The notes beneath the pieces were generated by a model that did not search any database, was not told the origin of the DNA, and was given only the letters and a program-made list of their open reading frames with translations. This document shows positions 10,019-19,467 of a DNA stretch of 64,000 nt, in pieces (positions within the stretch are counted from its first letter, which is position 1; each line of letters begins with the position of its first letter). Position numbers and translations under genes: made by a program. Source of the DNA: a virus (taxonomy: Duplodnaviria > Caudoviricetes); IMG/VR virus record IMGVR_UViG_3300033068_001704, positions 32,001 to 96,000 of that record; one strand, written 5' to 3'.

Positions 10019-10084
10019 GGCTATCTCACCCCGGACACGGGGGGTGTACGTTGGTCGAACGGTCAGCGTACACCCGAGGTAGCC
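10019..10084 (+). ncRNA. Candidate structured element (three-way junction) upstream of dnaX
   Basis: P1 GGCTATCTC/GAGGTAGCC, P2 CCCCG-GACA-CGGGG, P3 GGTGTACGTTG/CAGCGTACACC; preceded by hairpin 9994-10014. Confidence 0.45.
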
Positions 10085-10120
10085 TGAAGCTCGTCATCGC
10101 ATCCCAAGGAGCTGTAGGAC

Positions 10121-11491
10121 GTGGCACTCGACACTCGTTACCGACCGCAGGTCTACGCCGACGTTCTTGGGCAAGAGGGTTCCGTTGAGGTCCTGCGCAG
10201 GTTCGTGCAGAACGGAGCCGGGTTCCATCAGTCCTACTTGTTCGCGGGTCCGTACGGGTCTGGCAAGACCACCTTGGGGAGGATCCTTGCCAGGTCGCTG
10301 CTCTGCGCCGCGCCGGTTGAAGGGGCGGCGTGCGACGCCTGCATCTCGTGCAAGTCGATCCTGATCGGGGGATCGAGCGAGAACTTCTTCGAGATCGATG
10401 CCGCAACGAACAGCGGCAAGGACTCGATCAGGAAGATCGTTGAGGAGCTTCAGTACGCGAGCTTCTCCGGGAAGCGGAAGATCTACCTCTTCGACGAGAG
10501 CCACCGGCTCTCGACCGACGCTCTGGACGCGCTCCTGAAGCCGATGGAGGACACCGTCCCCGGCACACAGGACAAGTCTCTCATCTGCATCTTCTGCACG
10601 ACCGAGCCCGAGCGGATGAGGGCCACGATCTTGTCCCGGTGTGCTCCGGCGTTCGTGATCAAGCCTGTGGGCCCCGAGAAGATCGGGAAGCGTCTGGCCT
10701 GGGTCGCGGACCAAGAGGGGATCCCGTACGACCTGGAAGCCCTGACTCTCATCGGAGAGCTGGTCGAGTGCCACATCCGCGATGCTTTGAAGGCGGTCGA
10801 GGGTGTTTCGATGCTCGGGGCGGTCAACAGGGAGAACGTCGCCAAGTACCTCCACCTCGATGCCGCGAACCTCGTGGTCGAGATCCTCGCTGCCATCTCC
10901 GACAACCCTTCGGAGGCGATGACGAAGGCCTCCGAACTCCTCTCTCGAACGAGTGCTGCCACGGTCTACGGGAAGCTGGCCGATGTGGCGATGCTTTCGT
11001 TCCGGGCTGGGATCGGACCCGTACACATCCCGTCCTACATGGACGCCAGCCTCATCCAGGATGTCGGGACCCGGCTCGGGACCCGACTCCTGGCGTATGC
11101 GAGCCGATTTGCGAGTCGTCCGGGGCGTCCGACCGACGCAATGTTGCTCTGCGACGTGGCTTCCCTGGCCCATGGGGTCGAACTTTCTTCTATTTCCACC
11201 CCTGCTCACCCGCCTCCCCCGCCCGTCGTGAAGAAGGTTGAGATCGTTGGTAAGGTAGAGGGCGACACGAAGCCCCGGATGGTGGACGACGTGTACGTAC
11301 ATCCGAGAGCCGTCAAGGCACCTCAGGATGGTGTGTCTCCGGCTCCGTCCTCTACCCCCCCTCCCTTCGAGCTTCAACCTCTTGAGTTCTTCCGTCTCGT
11401 AAGGATTCGAGCTGGAGAGCTGGAGCATTCGGGTGTTGGACGCGAGGGACAAACCGACATGGGTCGCGTTGGAGCTGACCAAGGCGGGTGA
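10121..11491 (+). CDS. dnaX: DNA polymerase III gamma/tau clamp-loader subunit
   Basis: RYRPQ...V.GQ, YLFAGPYGSGKTT, C4 Zn module, EIDAATNSG, FDESH.LS..A.DALLK, TILSRC. Confidence 0.93.
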   Translation: MALDTRYRPQVYADVLGQEGSVEVLRRFVQNGAGFHQSYLFAGPYGSGKTTLGRILARSLLCAAPVEGAACDACISCKSILIGGSSENFFEIDAATNSGKDSIRKIVEELQYASFSGKRKIYLFDESHRLSTDALDALLKPMEDTVPGTQDKSLICIFCTTEPERMRATILSRCAPAFVIKPVGPEKIGKRLAWVADQEGIPYDLEALTLIGELVECHIRDALKAVEGVSMLGAVNRENVAKYLHLDAANLVVEILAAISDNPSEAMTKASELLSRTSAATVYGKLADVAMLSFRAGIGPVHIPSYMDASLIQDVGTRLGTRLLAYASRFASRPGRPTDAMLLCDVASLAHGVELSSISTPAHPPPPPVVKKVEIVGKVEGDTKPRMVDDVYVHPRAVKAPQDGVSPAPSSTPPPFELQPLEFFRLVRIRAGELEHSGVGREGQTDMGRVGADQGG

Positions 11492-12041
11492 GGCGCGCGC
11501 TGTTGAGGGCGGGCTAGCGGCCTCCCTGCGATCGGAGATGGGGGTGACCGAAAGTCATCCCCTTTTCGTGCCTTATGCCACCTACTTGAAGGGTGGTCGC
11601 CGGGTCTCAATCAAGCTCATCGAGGGCTATGCCTTCGTGGGCTCTGGTTTGGCTGAGACGAGATACTTCGCTCTGGAACGTGGCTCGCTGGTCGAGCGGG
11701 TCATGTCTTCCAGGGGGGCTCATGGGATGAGGGTCCTTCAGACCATCCCGGAGGCGAAGATCCACGACATGATGGCGCAGCTTCGTACCCAGGTCTCCTC
11801 AGACCTGGAGATCGGGGCGCACGTCAAAGTCATCGGTGGAAACTACACGCATCTCGACGGCGAGATCGTGGATCTGCAAGGGGATCGGGCTGCCGTCCGG
11901 ATCACGATGCGATCCCTGGATGTTGTGGCCTTCCTCCCGAAGGTCTTCCTGGATTCCGTTACGAACCCTGCCGTCGAAGTCGGGTCCGAGCTGGACCCTC
12001 TGGATGTCGCAGTCGGTTCCGAATATCTCCCTGAGAAGTAG
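11433..12041 (+). CDS. nusG: NusG/RfaH-family transcription elongation/antitermination factor
   Basis: NGN features W.AL...G.E, KLIEGYAFV; KOW-like LEIGAHVKVIGGNY..LDGEI. Confidence 0.8.
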   Translation: MLDARDKPTWVALELTKAGEARAVEGGLAASLRSEMGVTESHPLFVPYATYLKGGRRVSIKLIEGYAFVGSGLAETRYFALERGSLVERVMSSRGAHGMRVLQTIPEAKIHDMMAQLRTQVSSDLEIGAHVKVIGGNYTHLDGEIVDLQGDRAAVRITMRSLDVVAFLPKVFLDSVTNPAVEVGSELDPLDVAVGSEYLPEK

Positions 12042-12059
12042 CCCCTTCGTGAGGTGTGT

Positions 12060-12671
12060 ATGACCAAGCCTTCCCGAGGGTTCTCCGGATCCTCTTTCTC
12101 CATCGACCCTGACTCGATCTTCTCGACCGAGGATTCCATCTCGTTCTTCGGTTCCGTCTTCACGGAGCCGGACGACGACGACCAGAAGATGATGGAGAAG
12201 GTCCGGACGATGCTCGACATGCTGCCTCCGGTGGAGGCCGACTTCGTCGAGATGTACTTCTTCAAGCACATCAAGCAGACGGACATCGCCTCGATCTTCG
12301 GGGTGAGCCAGCCGACCGTGTGCTACCGGCTCTACCGGGCCATCGACCGCATCAAGTTCCTTCTGGCTTTGCCCAAGGTGGATGTGGAGCAGATGCGGAA
12401 GGACCTGAGCAGGTTCATGTCGGATCCCATGGACATCGACATCATGATGTACATGTACGAGACCACCTGCCAGAGCGAGAGCGCGAAGCGGCTCGGGGTT
12501 TCCCAGGGGCTGGTGCGGCACCGCTTCATCCGTTCGATCAAGAAGATGCAGAAGATCGAGTCGATGCAGTTCTACTCGGAGATCTTCTCGATGATCGCGG
12601 CGAACCTCAACATCATGCGGGAGGTCCGGCGGAGCAGTGCAACGTCTCGGATCGACTGCGTGATCGACTGA
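12060..12671 (+). CDS. Sigma-70 region 4-like protein with two tandem HTH domains
   Basis: LPPVEADFVEMYFF..IKQTDIASIFGVSQPTV.YRL.RA and second ..QSESAKRLGVSQGLVRHRF.RS. Confidence 0.75.
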   Translation: MTKPSRGFSGSSFSIDPDSIFSTEDSISFFGSVFTEPDDDDQKMMEKVRTMLDMLPPVEADFVEMYFFKHIKQTDIASIFGVSQPTVCYRLYRAIDRIKFLLALPKVDVEQMRKDLSRFMSDPMDIDIMMYMYETTCQSESAKRLGVSQGLVRHRFIRSIKKMQKIESMQFYSEIFSMIAANLNIMREVRRSSATSRIDCVID

Positions 12672-12728
12672 CCGGATGGCCGGGAAGCGTCCGGGCCGAG
12701 CCAATAGGGCCTTTATCCTCCACCGCCG

Positions 12729-13064
12729 GTGAGGGCAACCCTGTTGAAGTCTGAGGTACGCATCGCGATGGCACGCCACCTGGCAGACAGGTGGCTCTGT
12801 GACGTCTCCCGCAGTGAGTACCGCTTCGCGGTGCTTTCGAGCCACGGGAAGTCCGAGGCGGACATGCGTCTTCTCGCTGGGTTTCTTCGGAACTGGCGCG
12901 ATGGGAAGGCGCGGATCGCGTCTCTCGCATCGATTCCGGACCTCGGGGTTCGGGAGATCGTAGGTACCAACACGATCGAGGTCTGGTCCTCGGAGTGCGA
13001 CACGCTCCGCAAGCTCGCCTCCTGGATGGAGTCGAGGGGGTTCGACACCAACTTCATCTGGTGA
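12729..13064 (+). CDS. Hypothetical protein
   Basis: ORF filling the gap at the start of the late region; start uncertain. Confidence 0.55.
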   Translation: MRATLLKSEVRIAMARHLADRWLCDVSRSEYRFAVLSSHGKSEADMRLLAGFLRNWRDGKARIASLASIPDLGVREIVGTNTIEVWSSECDTLRKLASWMESRGFDTNFIW

Positions 13065-13071
13065 CCAACCC

Positions 13072-13500
13072 ATGGCCCTCGAACGCACAGTCTTCGATTT
13101 CTCGTACCGATCCACGCAGGGTGGGTCGTCGTACTACTTCACCGTATCCCAGGATTCGGGCGGGCGGATCACCGTCAAGAACATCCAGACGCCGACTGGA
13201 CGGATCATTGATTCCCAGACGGGTCTCCCGCAGTGGGTCACCAACGACCTCCAGGACGCCATCGAGCAGGTGGAGAACTTCGTGGCCCAGACGAGTGCTG
13301 TGAACGGAAACCTGAGCTTCGTCGCCCAGGAGAGCATGAGCGTTGTGTTCGACACCCCGATGGCGGGGACGAACTACCGCGTCCAGCTCTCTCTCGCCGA
13401 CTTCATCCCGGCCCGCGTCATCACCAAGACGACGACCGGATTCACCGTTGAGGTCGGGGTGACCTACACGGGAACCGTCGGCTACGACGTGTTCGTGTGA
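13072..13500 (+). CDS. Putative virion structural protein
   Basis: Beta-rich; C-terminal F.TP...NY.V.L....V..KTTTGFTV module resembling the C-terminus of the next gene. Confidence 0.6.
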   Translation: MALERTVFDFSYRSTQGGSSYYFTVSQDSGGRITVKNIQTPTGRIIDSQTGLPQWVTNDLQDAIEQVENFVAQTSAVNGNLSFVAQESMSVVFDTPMAGTNYRVQLSLADFIPARVITKTTTGFTVEVGVTYTGTVGYDVFV

Positions 13501-13510
13501 GGAGACAGCG

Positions 13511-14695
13511 ATGAGCGGCCCCTTCAAGGCAGACGGTCTTCAGATCGAACCGGGTTCTGGTCAGACACTCACGATTCTTCGTGATGTCCCGACCGGTTCG
13601 CTTCGGTTTGTGGACACTGTCGTCCCTTCGGGGATCAATCTTTCTGACCTCGCGAACTTCTCGACGATCACGGGGGTTCTGGTTGTTGGGAGGGCGGGGA
13701 CCGGGGCGAAGTACACGACCCTTCAGTCCGCTCTCAACGCAGTTCCCCCGACATCGAGCGCGTCGGCTCCGACCGTGATCCTGGTGATGCCGGGCGTGTA
13801 CACCGAAAACCTTCTCGTCGAGAAGGACGGGGTCTCGGTCGTCGCTCTAGGGGCGGTGAGTGTGGTGGCCTCCGCGGCCTCCGCAACGGTGACGGTTCAG
13901 GAGTCGGTTGCGACCGTCCCTCAGTCGATTCTCTTCCACGGGATCCGGTTCGTGAATGCCAACGATGGCATCGAATGCGCCCTGGTCACTGGGGGGGCTT
14001 CCTCCACGGTGGGATCGGCGGGGATCGTCTTTCGGCAGTGCGAGTTCGCTGCCACGGGCGTGGGCGGGTACACGGTTCGAGCTGACGCCGTCAACAACGT
14101 CACGCTGCTGGACTGCATCTCGGATGAGAGCGCGGTCACGGCATCTCTTCGCGTGTCCCAGTGCGCGAAGGCGACGGTTTCAGGGGGCACCCATCGCCTC
14201 ATGCAGATGGACTACAGCACGGTCGGGGTGATCCCGTCGGTGTCCGGATCGACGTACCTGATCAACAGTTGCCGGTCGGTCGGGAACCTCCTGTCAACCC
14301 TGACGGGGGCGGGGTCCCTCACGGTTCAGAACTGCGTGACAGGGAACATCACCCAGAACGGCAATCGAACCGGTCTGGTTCAGTTCTCCACGGTCGGCAA
14401 TGTCACGGCAGGCGGTACAACCGCACTCGTCATCCGGCAGTCGAAGCGGGGGACCGTGGCTGGGTCCGGGACGATCGATGAGACGATCACCTCGGGGACA
14501 GTGGACTTCGTCGGGTCCCTGTCGGAGGCGGTGGCCTTCACGGTCCCGCGCTCGAACGCCACCTACACGGTGGTGCTGGACCCTGGGGTCGTGGCCTTCG
14601 CAGGGGTGACCGGGAAGTCGGCCGCCGGCTTCACCATCGAATTCGGCTCTATTCAGACCACTACGGTGAGCTGGTCCATTCTGGCGTCGGCGTAA
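13511..14695 (+). CDS. Pectin-lyase-like beta-helix virion protein (spike/fibre candidate)
   Basis: AKYTTLQSALNAV...VILVMPGVYTENL lead-in, parallel beta-helix composition. Confidence 0.65.
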   Translation: MSGPFKADGLQIEPGSGQTLTILRDVPTGSLRFVDTVVPSGINLSDLANFSTITGVLVVGRAGTGAKYTTLQSALNAVPPTSSASAPTVILVMPGVYTENLLVEKDGVSVVALGAVSVVASAASATVTVQESVATVPQSILFHGIRFVNANDGIECALVTGGASSTVGSAGIVFRQCEFAATGVGGYTVRADAVNNVTLLDCISDESAVTASLRVSQCAKATVSGGTHRLMQMDYSTVGVIPSVSGSTYLINSCRSVGNLLSTLTGAGSLTVQNCVTGNITQNGNRTGLVQFSTVGNVTAGGTTALVIRQSKRGTVAGSGTIDETITSGTVDFVGSLSEAVAFTVPRSNATYTVVLDPGVVAFAGVTGKSAAGFTIEFGSIQTTTVSWSILASA

Positions 14696-14720
14696 TCCGG
14701 CGGCGAGGCTCAAGGACGAG

Positions 14721-15491
14721 ATGGAAGACTGGGACGAGATCGCAAGCGGGATGTACAAGGAGGCGTCGTCTATCGACGATCATCTTGGCGCCCGTTTGTC
14801 CAATGCTTCCGTACAGTTGCTGACCGACAGGATGAGGGACCTCAACGCCCTTGAGGTCCCGGCCATGGCCGGCTCCAGGGTCGCCTTCGCGGACAACCTC
14901 GGCGCGGTGCTCAGCTATCCCGAGCCTCCGGTGGGAGGGTCTGAGGGGACCGTGGTGACCGTTCGGACGGCTTCCGGGGACGTCACGCATCTCGATGGGC
15001 TCGTGTTCGTGAAGTGGGATGACGGCCGCTTCCTTCCGGCGCACCGCGAACACCTGCGACTCGCAGCGTCTCAGGGGTCCAAGAAGACTGCCGCGGACCT
15101 CGCTGAGGTGAATGCCTCCCAGGTCGGCACCCTTCTCGTGACAGCGGATGGTCACATGGCCTGGCGGAGGGTCGCCCCCGGCAAGTCGGGGTGGGAGAAG
15201 CAGCGGCCTGTTGCCACTGGGGATGGGTGGGAGCCCACGCGTCCCAGTGAGTCAGGGCTTCACGTTTTCCAGAGCATCGTTCGGATGCTGGGACGCGAGA
15301 AGATGAAGCTGGTCCCCCCGACCTACGCGATGAGAGTCGCTTCGCTTCACGACCTGAGCGACTTCCTGAAGTCGGCCAAGGACGAACTGATCCACAAGGC
15401 CACCAAGGACCTGTGGAACGTGACTCTCGTGGACGGCGAGTACGTCATCGAGCGTCTCTTCGACGAGACGGGAAGCCCGTTGAAGGTATGA
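14721..15491 (+). CDS. Hypothetical head-module protein
   Basis: ORF in late cluster; SH3-like GTVVTV...VFVKWDDG; many [KR]xA motifs. Confidence 0.6.
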   Translation: MEDWDEIASGMYKEASSIDDHLGARLSNASVQLLTDRMRDLNALEVPAMAGSRVAFADNLGAVLSYPEPPVGGSEGTVVTVRTASGDVTHLDGLVFVKWDDGRFLPAHREHLRLAASQGSKKTAADLAEVNASQVGTLLVTADGHMAWRRVAPGKSGWEKQRPVATGDGWEPTRPSESGLHVFQSIVRMLGREKMKLVPPTYAMRVASLHDLSDFLKSAKDELIHKATKDLWNVTLVDGEYVIERLFDETGSPLKV

Positions 15492-16114
15492 CCAGCAAGA
15501 TCGACCGACCGGATCCGATTCGCGTGGCACGGCGAGCAATGGTTCGCCAGGCCTCGGAGCGTCGGATGACGCGTACCGCTGGTGAAGTCCGGTTCATCAA
15601 GGACAAGTCCGGTGACGCGAGTCAGTGGGCGTGGAACGACTCCGGTCCGCAGGAGCGCCACATCACCCCCGAGTTCGCGTTCGACCCGAAGAAGACGAAG
15701 CCGCTGGCTCGCGTGCTGAGAGCGACGAACGCGTCCCTTGGGCATGCGATGTCGGCTTACACGATCTTCACGAAGGTTCGGTCGGCGGAGATCTCTCCGG
15801 ACGGCTCGCTCGGCGGCAAGGGCTACATCCAGAAGATCACTGAGATGCGGCGAGCGTACATGAACGTGATCGAGGCGCTCTCGGCGCTGTCGGACACGAT
15901 GTACGACGAGATTCGGGCCCCGCACTGGGCTGCAATCTCTCGTCAGGAAGACCCTGAGGACCGGCAGGAGGTCGAACAGATTGTCGAGGATGCCCTCGAA
16001 ATCAAGAAGGACCCCGAAGGCTGGGCTGAGGAACAGGAAGAGCAGATGGACGAGGAGAACGACCTCTCCATGAAGACCGCGGCGCTCGTGCTCCGCATCC
16101 AGAGGGGTCGCTGA
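15488..16114 (+). CDS. Hypothetical head-module protein
   Basis: ATGA overlap with upstream stop; RVARR/RQAS/RTAG N-terminus. Confidence 0.65.
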   Translation: MTSKIDRPDPIRVARRAMVRQASERRMTRTAGEVRFIKDKSGDASQWAWNDSGPQERHITPEFAFDPKKTKPLARVLRATNASLGHAMSAYTIFTKVRSAEISPDGSLGGKGYIQKITEMRRAYMNVIEALSALSDTMYDEIRAPHWAAISRQEDPEDRQEVEQIVEDALEIKKDPEGWAEEQEEQMDEENDLSMKTAALVLRIQRGR

Positions 16115-18054
16115 TGTCGAAGTCCCAGATGCCCGACGGCGGATACAACCCGCAGCTCGGCTCCAACTACATGCTCGACGGGTTCGAGTTCGACTCCCCC
16201 TACGGTGAAGGCGTGGACGAGGCCCGGAAGGACCCCGACCCGGATCTCCCGCGTTCTCAGGCTGGCCTCTCCACGCTCCCCGACGGGTTCATGGGGGTCG
16301 AGGCGTCTGGGGAAGAGTTCGACTTCTCGATGGTCGAGGGCGGAGACGAGCGTGGTCTTGGCAACCTGGGGGAGATGGTCCGGCAGGCCGCCCCTCTCAT
16401 GGACCTCTCGTGGCTCGAAGGGGCAGAGCAGGACCCTGACCGCCTTCCGGAGGCCGTCAACCCGGTCGAGTACGACCTCAATGACCTGTACCAGACGACC
16501 GTCTCGGACGTTCCGGATACCGGAATGCGTTCGGAGCTGGAGCAGGCCTGGGGGGTGGATTCCCGTACGAACGGGCAGACCATCGTTCCGAACGTCGAGT
16601 ACGAGCCTGCACCCCGTGGACCCGAGTCGATGCTTCCCGGAGATCAGCTCCGAACCATCCTCGCCCATGCGATGCGGAAGTCTGCCTTCGGGGAGTCGCT
16701 CGACAACGTGGTTCGGGATGTCTCGACCTTCCTCGGTGAGGGGCTCAACCACATCAACGCGACGGCTGCCGGACGGAAGTTCGCTGCTGGCATGAGGACG
16801 GTCCGTGCGGAGCATGGGGTCGTCGGTCAGGTCTACGTTCGTGATTCTGCGTTCCCTGGTCTGCTGACTGGGAAGTGGGATGCGGCGATCAAGCGTCGGT
16901 GCGCCTCGGCCCGCTACTGGCTGACGACCCCCGGGTCGAAGCTCGCGGCGTATGACCGGTACCTCGGCATGCAGGTCGTCACGGAGATCCCGTGGCGTGA
17001 AGCGCTGGCGCACTACCGCCCGAGGCTCGAAGCTTCGGGGAAGAAGGTTGCCTCGGAAGGCGACCCGAAGCGTGCGCTTCTCGCGGCTCTCCGTGCGCAG
17101 GCCCCCAGTGCCAAGAAGGAGTCGTCCCTCCCGGTTCAGCCGATGGGGGAGACGGTGGCATCGGACGCAGCGTGGGCGATCTTCGCGAGCGCCCCGGCTC
17201 CGGAGCGTCAGGTCGTCCGGAAGGACGCAGAGGCGCACGTCCTGGCGACGAAGAAGGCGCGCATCCAGCTCGGACGCTGGGTCAAGGCCACCCTCATCAG
17301 CCTCGATGAAGCGAAGGCGCTCGCCAAGAAGCACGCAGATCCTCACGCTCTCGTCAAGGCGGGGGCAGAGCTGGTTTCGCAGCGGACCGCGAGCCAGAAG
17401 GAGTACGCAGGCAGCGCCTTCGTGGCGAACCAGCCGACGAAGAAGGCGGCCGAGACCCCCGAGATGCTCGGATGGTCGAACTCTCTGGAGGTTCGCAAGC
17501 TCCTCCGGTGGGCCTCGCTTCAGATGAACGAGGGCGCGGCAGGCAAGGACCTCGACTACCTGCTCGGAGCACGCTTCTCTGGCGTTCTGATGAAGCAGGC
17601 TTCGGAGCCCCTCGTCCAGCTTCGGAAGAAGCACGAGGGTCTCGCAGGCCACCTGTACGTGGATGCAAGCGCCTACGCGAGCCCTTCCGGGACGGCAGGC
17701 TGTGAGAAGGGCGCTCTCGTCCACCGGGCAAACGCGCTCAAGGCGGTGCTCGGGATGGATCGCTGCGGGTCGTGCGCGTCGAACGTCGATGACCACTGCC
17801 AGAAGTACAACAAGTCGATCGTGGCCTCAGCGCCCGTTCGGAATGCCGAGAAGTACCAGCGGGACATGATCCGGCTCGCGAACGGCAACGATGCTGAGCA
17901 GACGGCATCGTACTTCGCCCCCTCGTACGACGAGGGTGAGTTCGATCTCCAGAACGACTCCCTCGACAACTTCGACTACGCGGACGCTCCCTCGACCGAG
18001 GTGCTCGGCGAGGTGCTCTTCGAGGGACTGATCCTCGACAACGACGAGGAGTGA
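16114..18054 (+). CDS. Large hypothetical head-module protein with internal duplication
   Basis: EHGVVGQVYVRDSAF vs HEGLAGHLYVDASAY; C-terminal CxxC...C. Confidence 0.7.
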   Translation: MSKSQMPDGGYNPQLGSNYMLDGFEFDSPYGEGVDEARKDPDPDLPRSQAGLSTLPDGFMGVEASGEEFDFSMVEGGDERGLGNLGEMVRQAAPLMDLSWLEGAEQDPDRLPEAVNPVEYDLNDLYQTTVSDVPDTGMRSELEQAWGVDSRTNGQTIVPNVEYEPAPRGPESMLPGDQLRTILAHAMRKSAFGESLDNVVRDVSTFLGEGLNHINATAAGRKFAAGMRTVRAEHGVVGQVYVRDSAFPGLLTGKWDAAIKRRCASARYWLTTPGSKLAAYDRYLGMQVVTEIPWREALAHYRPRLEASGKKVASEGDPKRALLAALRAQAPSAKKESSLPVQPMGETVASDAAWAIFASAPAPERQVVRKDAEAHVLATKKARIQLGRWVKATLISLDEAKALAKKHADPHALVKAGAELVSQRTASQKEYAGSAFVANQPTKKAAETPEMLGWSNSLEVRKLLRWASLQMNEGAAGKDLDYLLGARFSGVLMKQASEPLVQLRKKHEGLAGHLYVDASAYASPSGTAGCEKGALVHRANALKAVLGMDRCGSCASNVDDHCQKYNKSIVASAPVRNAEKYQRDMIRLANGNDAEQTASYFAPSYDEGEFDLQNDSLDNFDYADAPSTEVLGEVLFEGLILDNDEE

Positions 18055-18671
18055 TCATGTTCCATCCTGCGACCCCCCCGAAGTTCAAGGTCCTGGTCGC
18101 GGCGATCACTTCGCCGTCCGATCCTAGCCGCGGGATCAACCCCACGATCGCGAGGACGGGGTTCACCCTCCAACAGGTCATCACGCAGAGTGGCGTGGGT
18201 CGCGTGGGGGGCCCGATCGTGGCTCGTGCTGCGACAGGCCCGTTGAACCACACCGCTGCGATCGTCGTCACCTCGAACGACTTCGCCAATTCCGACGGTG
18301 TGGCCCCGTTCCTACTGACCGAAGAGATCGCTCTGTTCGATCGGTATATCGTCGCGGGTCAGAACTTCTCCGTGGCTGGCGGTGGGGTCGCACCGCTCGA
18401 CGAAATCGCGGACGGGATCGCCGTATCGCTCAACGTGTATCCGGACATCGATGCCGTCTCGGACGGTGTGGATACGGTCTACATCACGTACCTCGGTCTC
18501 GAACCCTTCCTTCCGATCAAGGCAACGGGCGATGAGTCCGAGACCCTCGGAGACGCACCGTTCGAGATCACGGCAGGGGGCGTCACTCTCACGGTCTCTC
18601 CGGCTCTTCGGCAGACGTTCTACGTCTCGAATTCGGTGAAGACGCAGTCCCCTCCGGAAGCCCTGCCCTGA
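18051..18671 (+). CDS. Putative structural protein
   Basis: GTGA overlap; beta-rich composition. Confidence 0.55.
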   Translation: MIMFHPATPPKFKVLVAAITSPSDPSRGINPTIARTGFTLQQVITQSGVGRVGGPIVARAATGPLNHTAAIVVTSNDFANSDGVAPFLLTEEIALFDRYIVAGQNFSVAGGGVAPLDEIADGIAVSLNVYPDIDAVSDGVDTVYITYLGLEPFLPIKATGDESETLGDAPFEITAGGVTLTVSPALRQTFYVSNSVKTQSPPEALP

Positions 18672-18708
18672 TTCAGGGCGGTACCGTAGGCCAAGGGATT
18701 CTTGGCTC

Positions 18709-19467
18709 ATGACTGATTCGAACGATCCTTTCGACGCCACCAAGGCAATCGATCAGGCCCTCGACCTCTCGAATGACCCGGCCCTTGTGGTCGAGGTGGT
18801 ACCTTCCTCGACCCGCATGATCCAAGGATACCCCATCCCCGATGGGGCCCAGAGGGTCAGGGTCACGGACGAGAAGGGGAAGGCGTGCTGGAGAAGACTC
18901 GATGCAGTCCTCCCCACAGACACGATCGACCTGACGGGGAAGGGTCATCCCCAGTGGATGTACAACCAGGTTGGGCGTCCGAAGACTCAACAGCTCCATG
19001 AGATCGTCCCTCCTGCCACCGCGGTGATTGGGGACCTGATTCGGGCTCGACAGGCGCTCATGCGCTCGGACCCGGTCATCCTCGCGGCGGAATCGACCCC
19101 GGAGTCTCCGGAGGTCTTGAACCAGGTCCTCATCGCGCTCTCGGAAGAAGCTGCCTCTCTCAGGTTCGAGAGGCTCGAAGCAGAGCGCAATGGAAACGAC
19201 ACCTCTCCTTTCTCGGTGCGACGTGTCGCTGCCCTGAAGGCGATCGGTGACGCTTGGATCAAGCGCAAGGAGCAGATCCAGAGTCGCGAGATCGACCTCG
19301 AAAGCCCTGTCTTCGGGGAGCTGCTCAAGCTCATCTCGGAGACGTTCGCACGGTCCATGGTCGAGGCGGGCGTCCGCCAGGAGATGATGGACACGGTCTT
19401 CGCGAAGTTCACGCGTCAGCTCGATGACACGTGGAAGAACGAAGCGAAGTCACGGATGGCTAAGTGA
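18709..19467 (+). CDS. Probable terminase small subunit
   Basis: Directly upstream of and overlapping TerL; GRPK motif, helical C-terminal half. Confidence 0.5.
   Translation: MTDSNDPFDATKAIDQALDLSNDPALVVEVVPSSTRMIQGYPIPDGAQRVRVTDEKGKACWRRLDAVLPTDTIDLTGKGHPQWMYNQVGRPKTQQLHEIVPPATAVIGDLIRARQALMRSDPVILAAESTPESPEVLNQVLIALSEEAASLRFERLEAERNGNDTSPFSVRRVAALKAIGDAWIKRKEQIQSREIDLESPVFGELLKLISETFARSMVEAGVRQEMMDTVFAKFTRQLDDTWKNEAKSRMAK

Noticed and set aside
10019-10084. SRP RNA or hammerhead ribozyme upstream of dnaX
   Set aside because: Lacks the SRP CAGG..GNRA..GCAG motif and the CUGANGA/GAAA core.
10121-11491. dnaX gamma/tau programmed frameshift
   Set aside because: No A6G or A-run slippery site seen.
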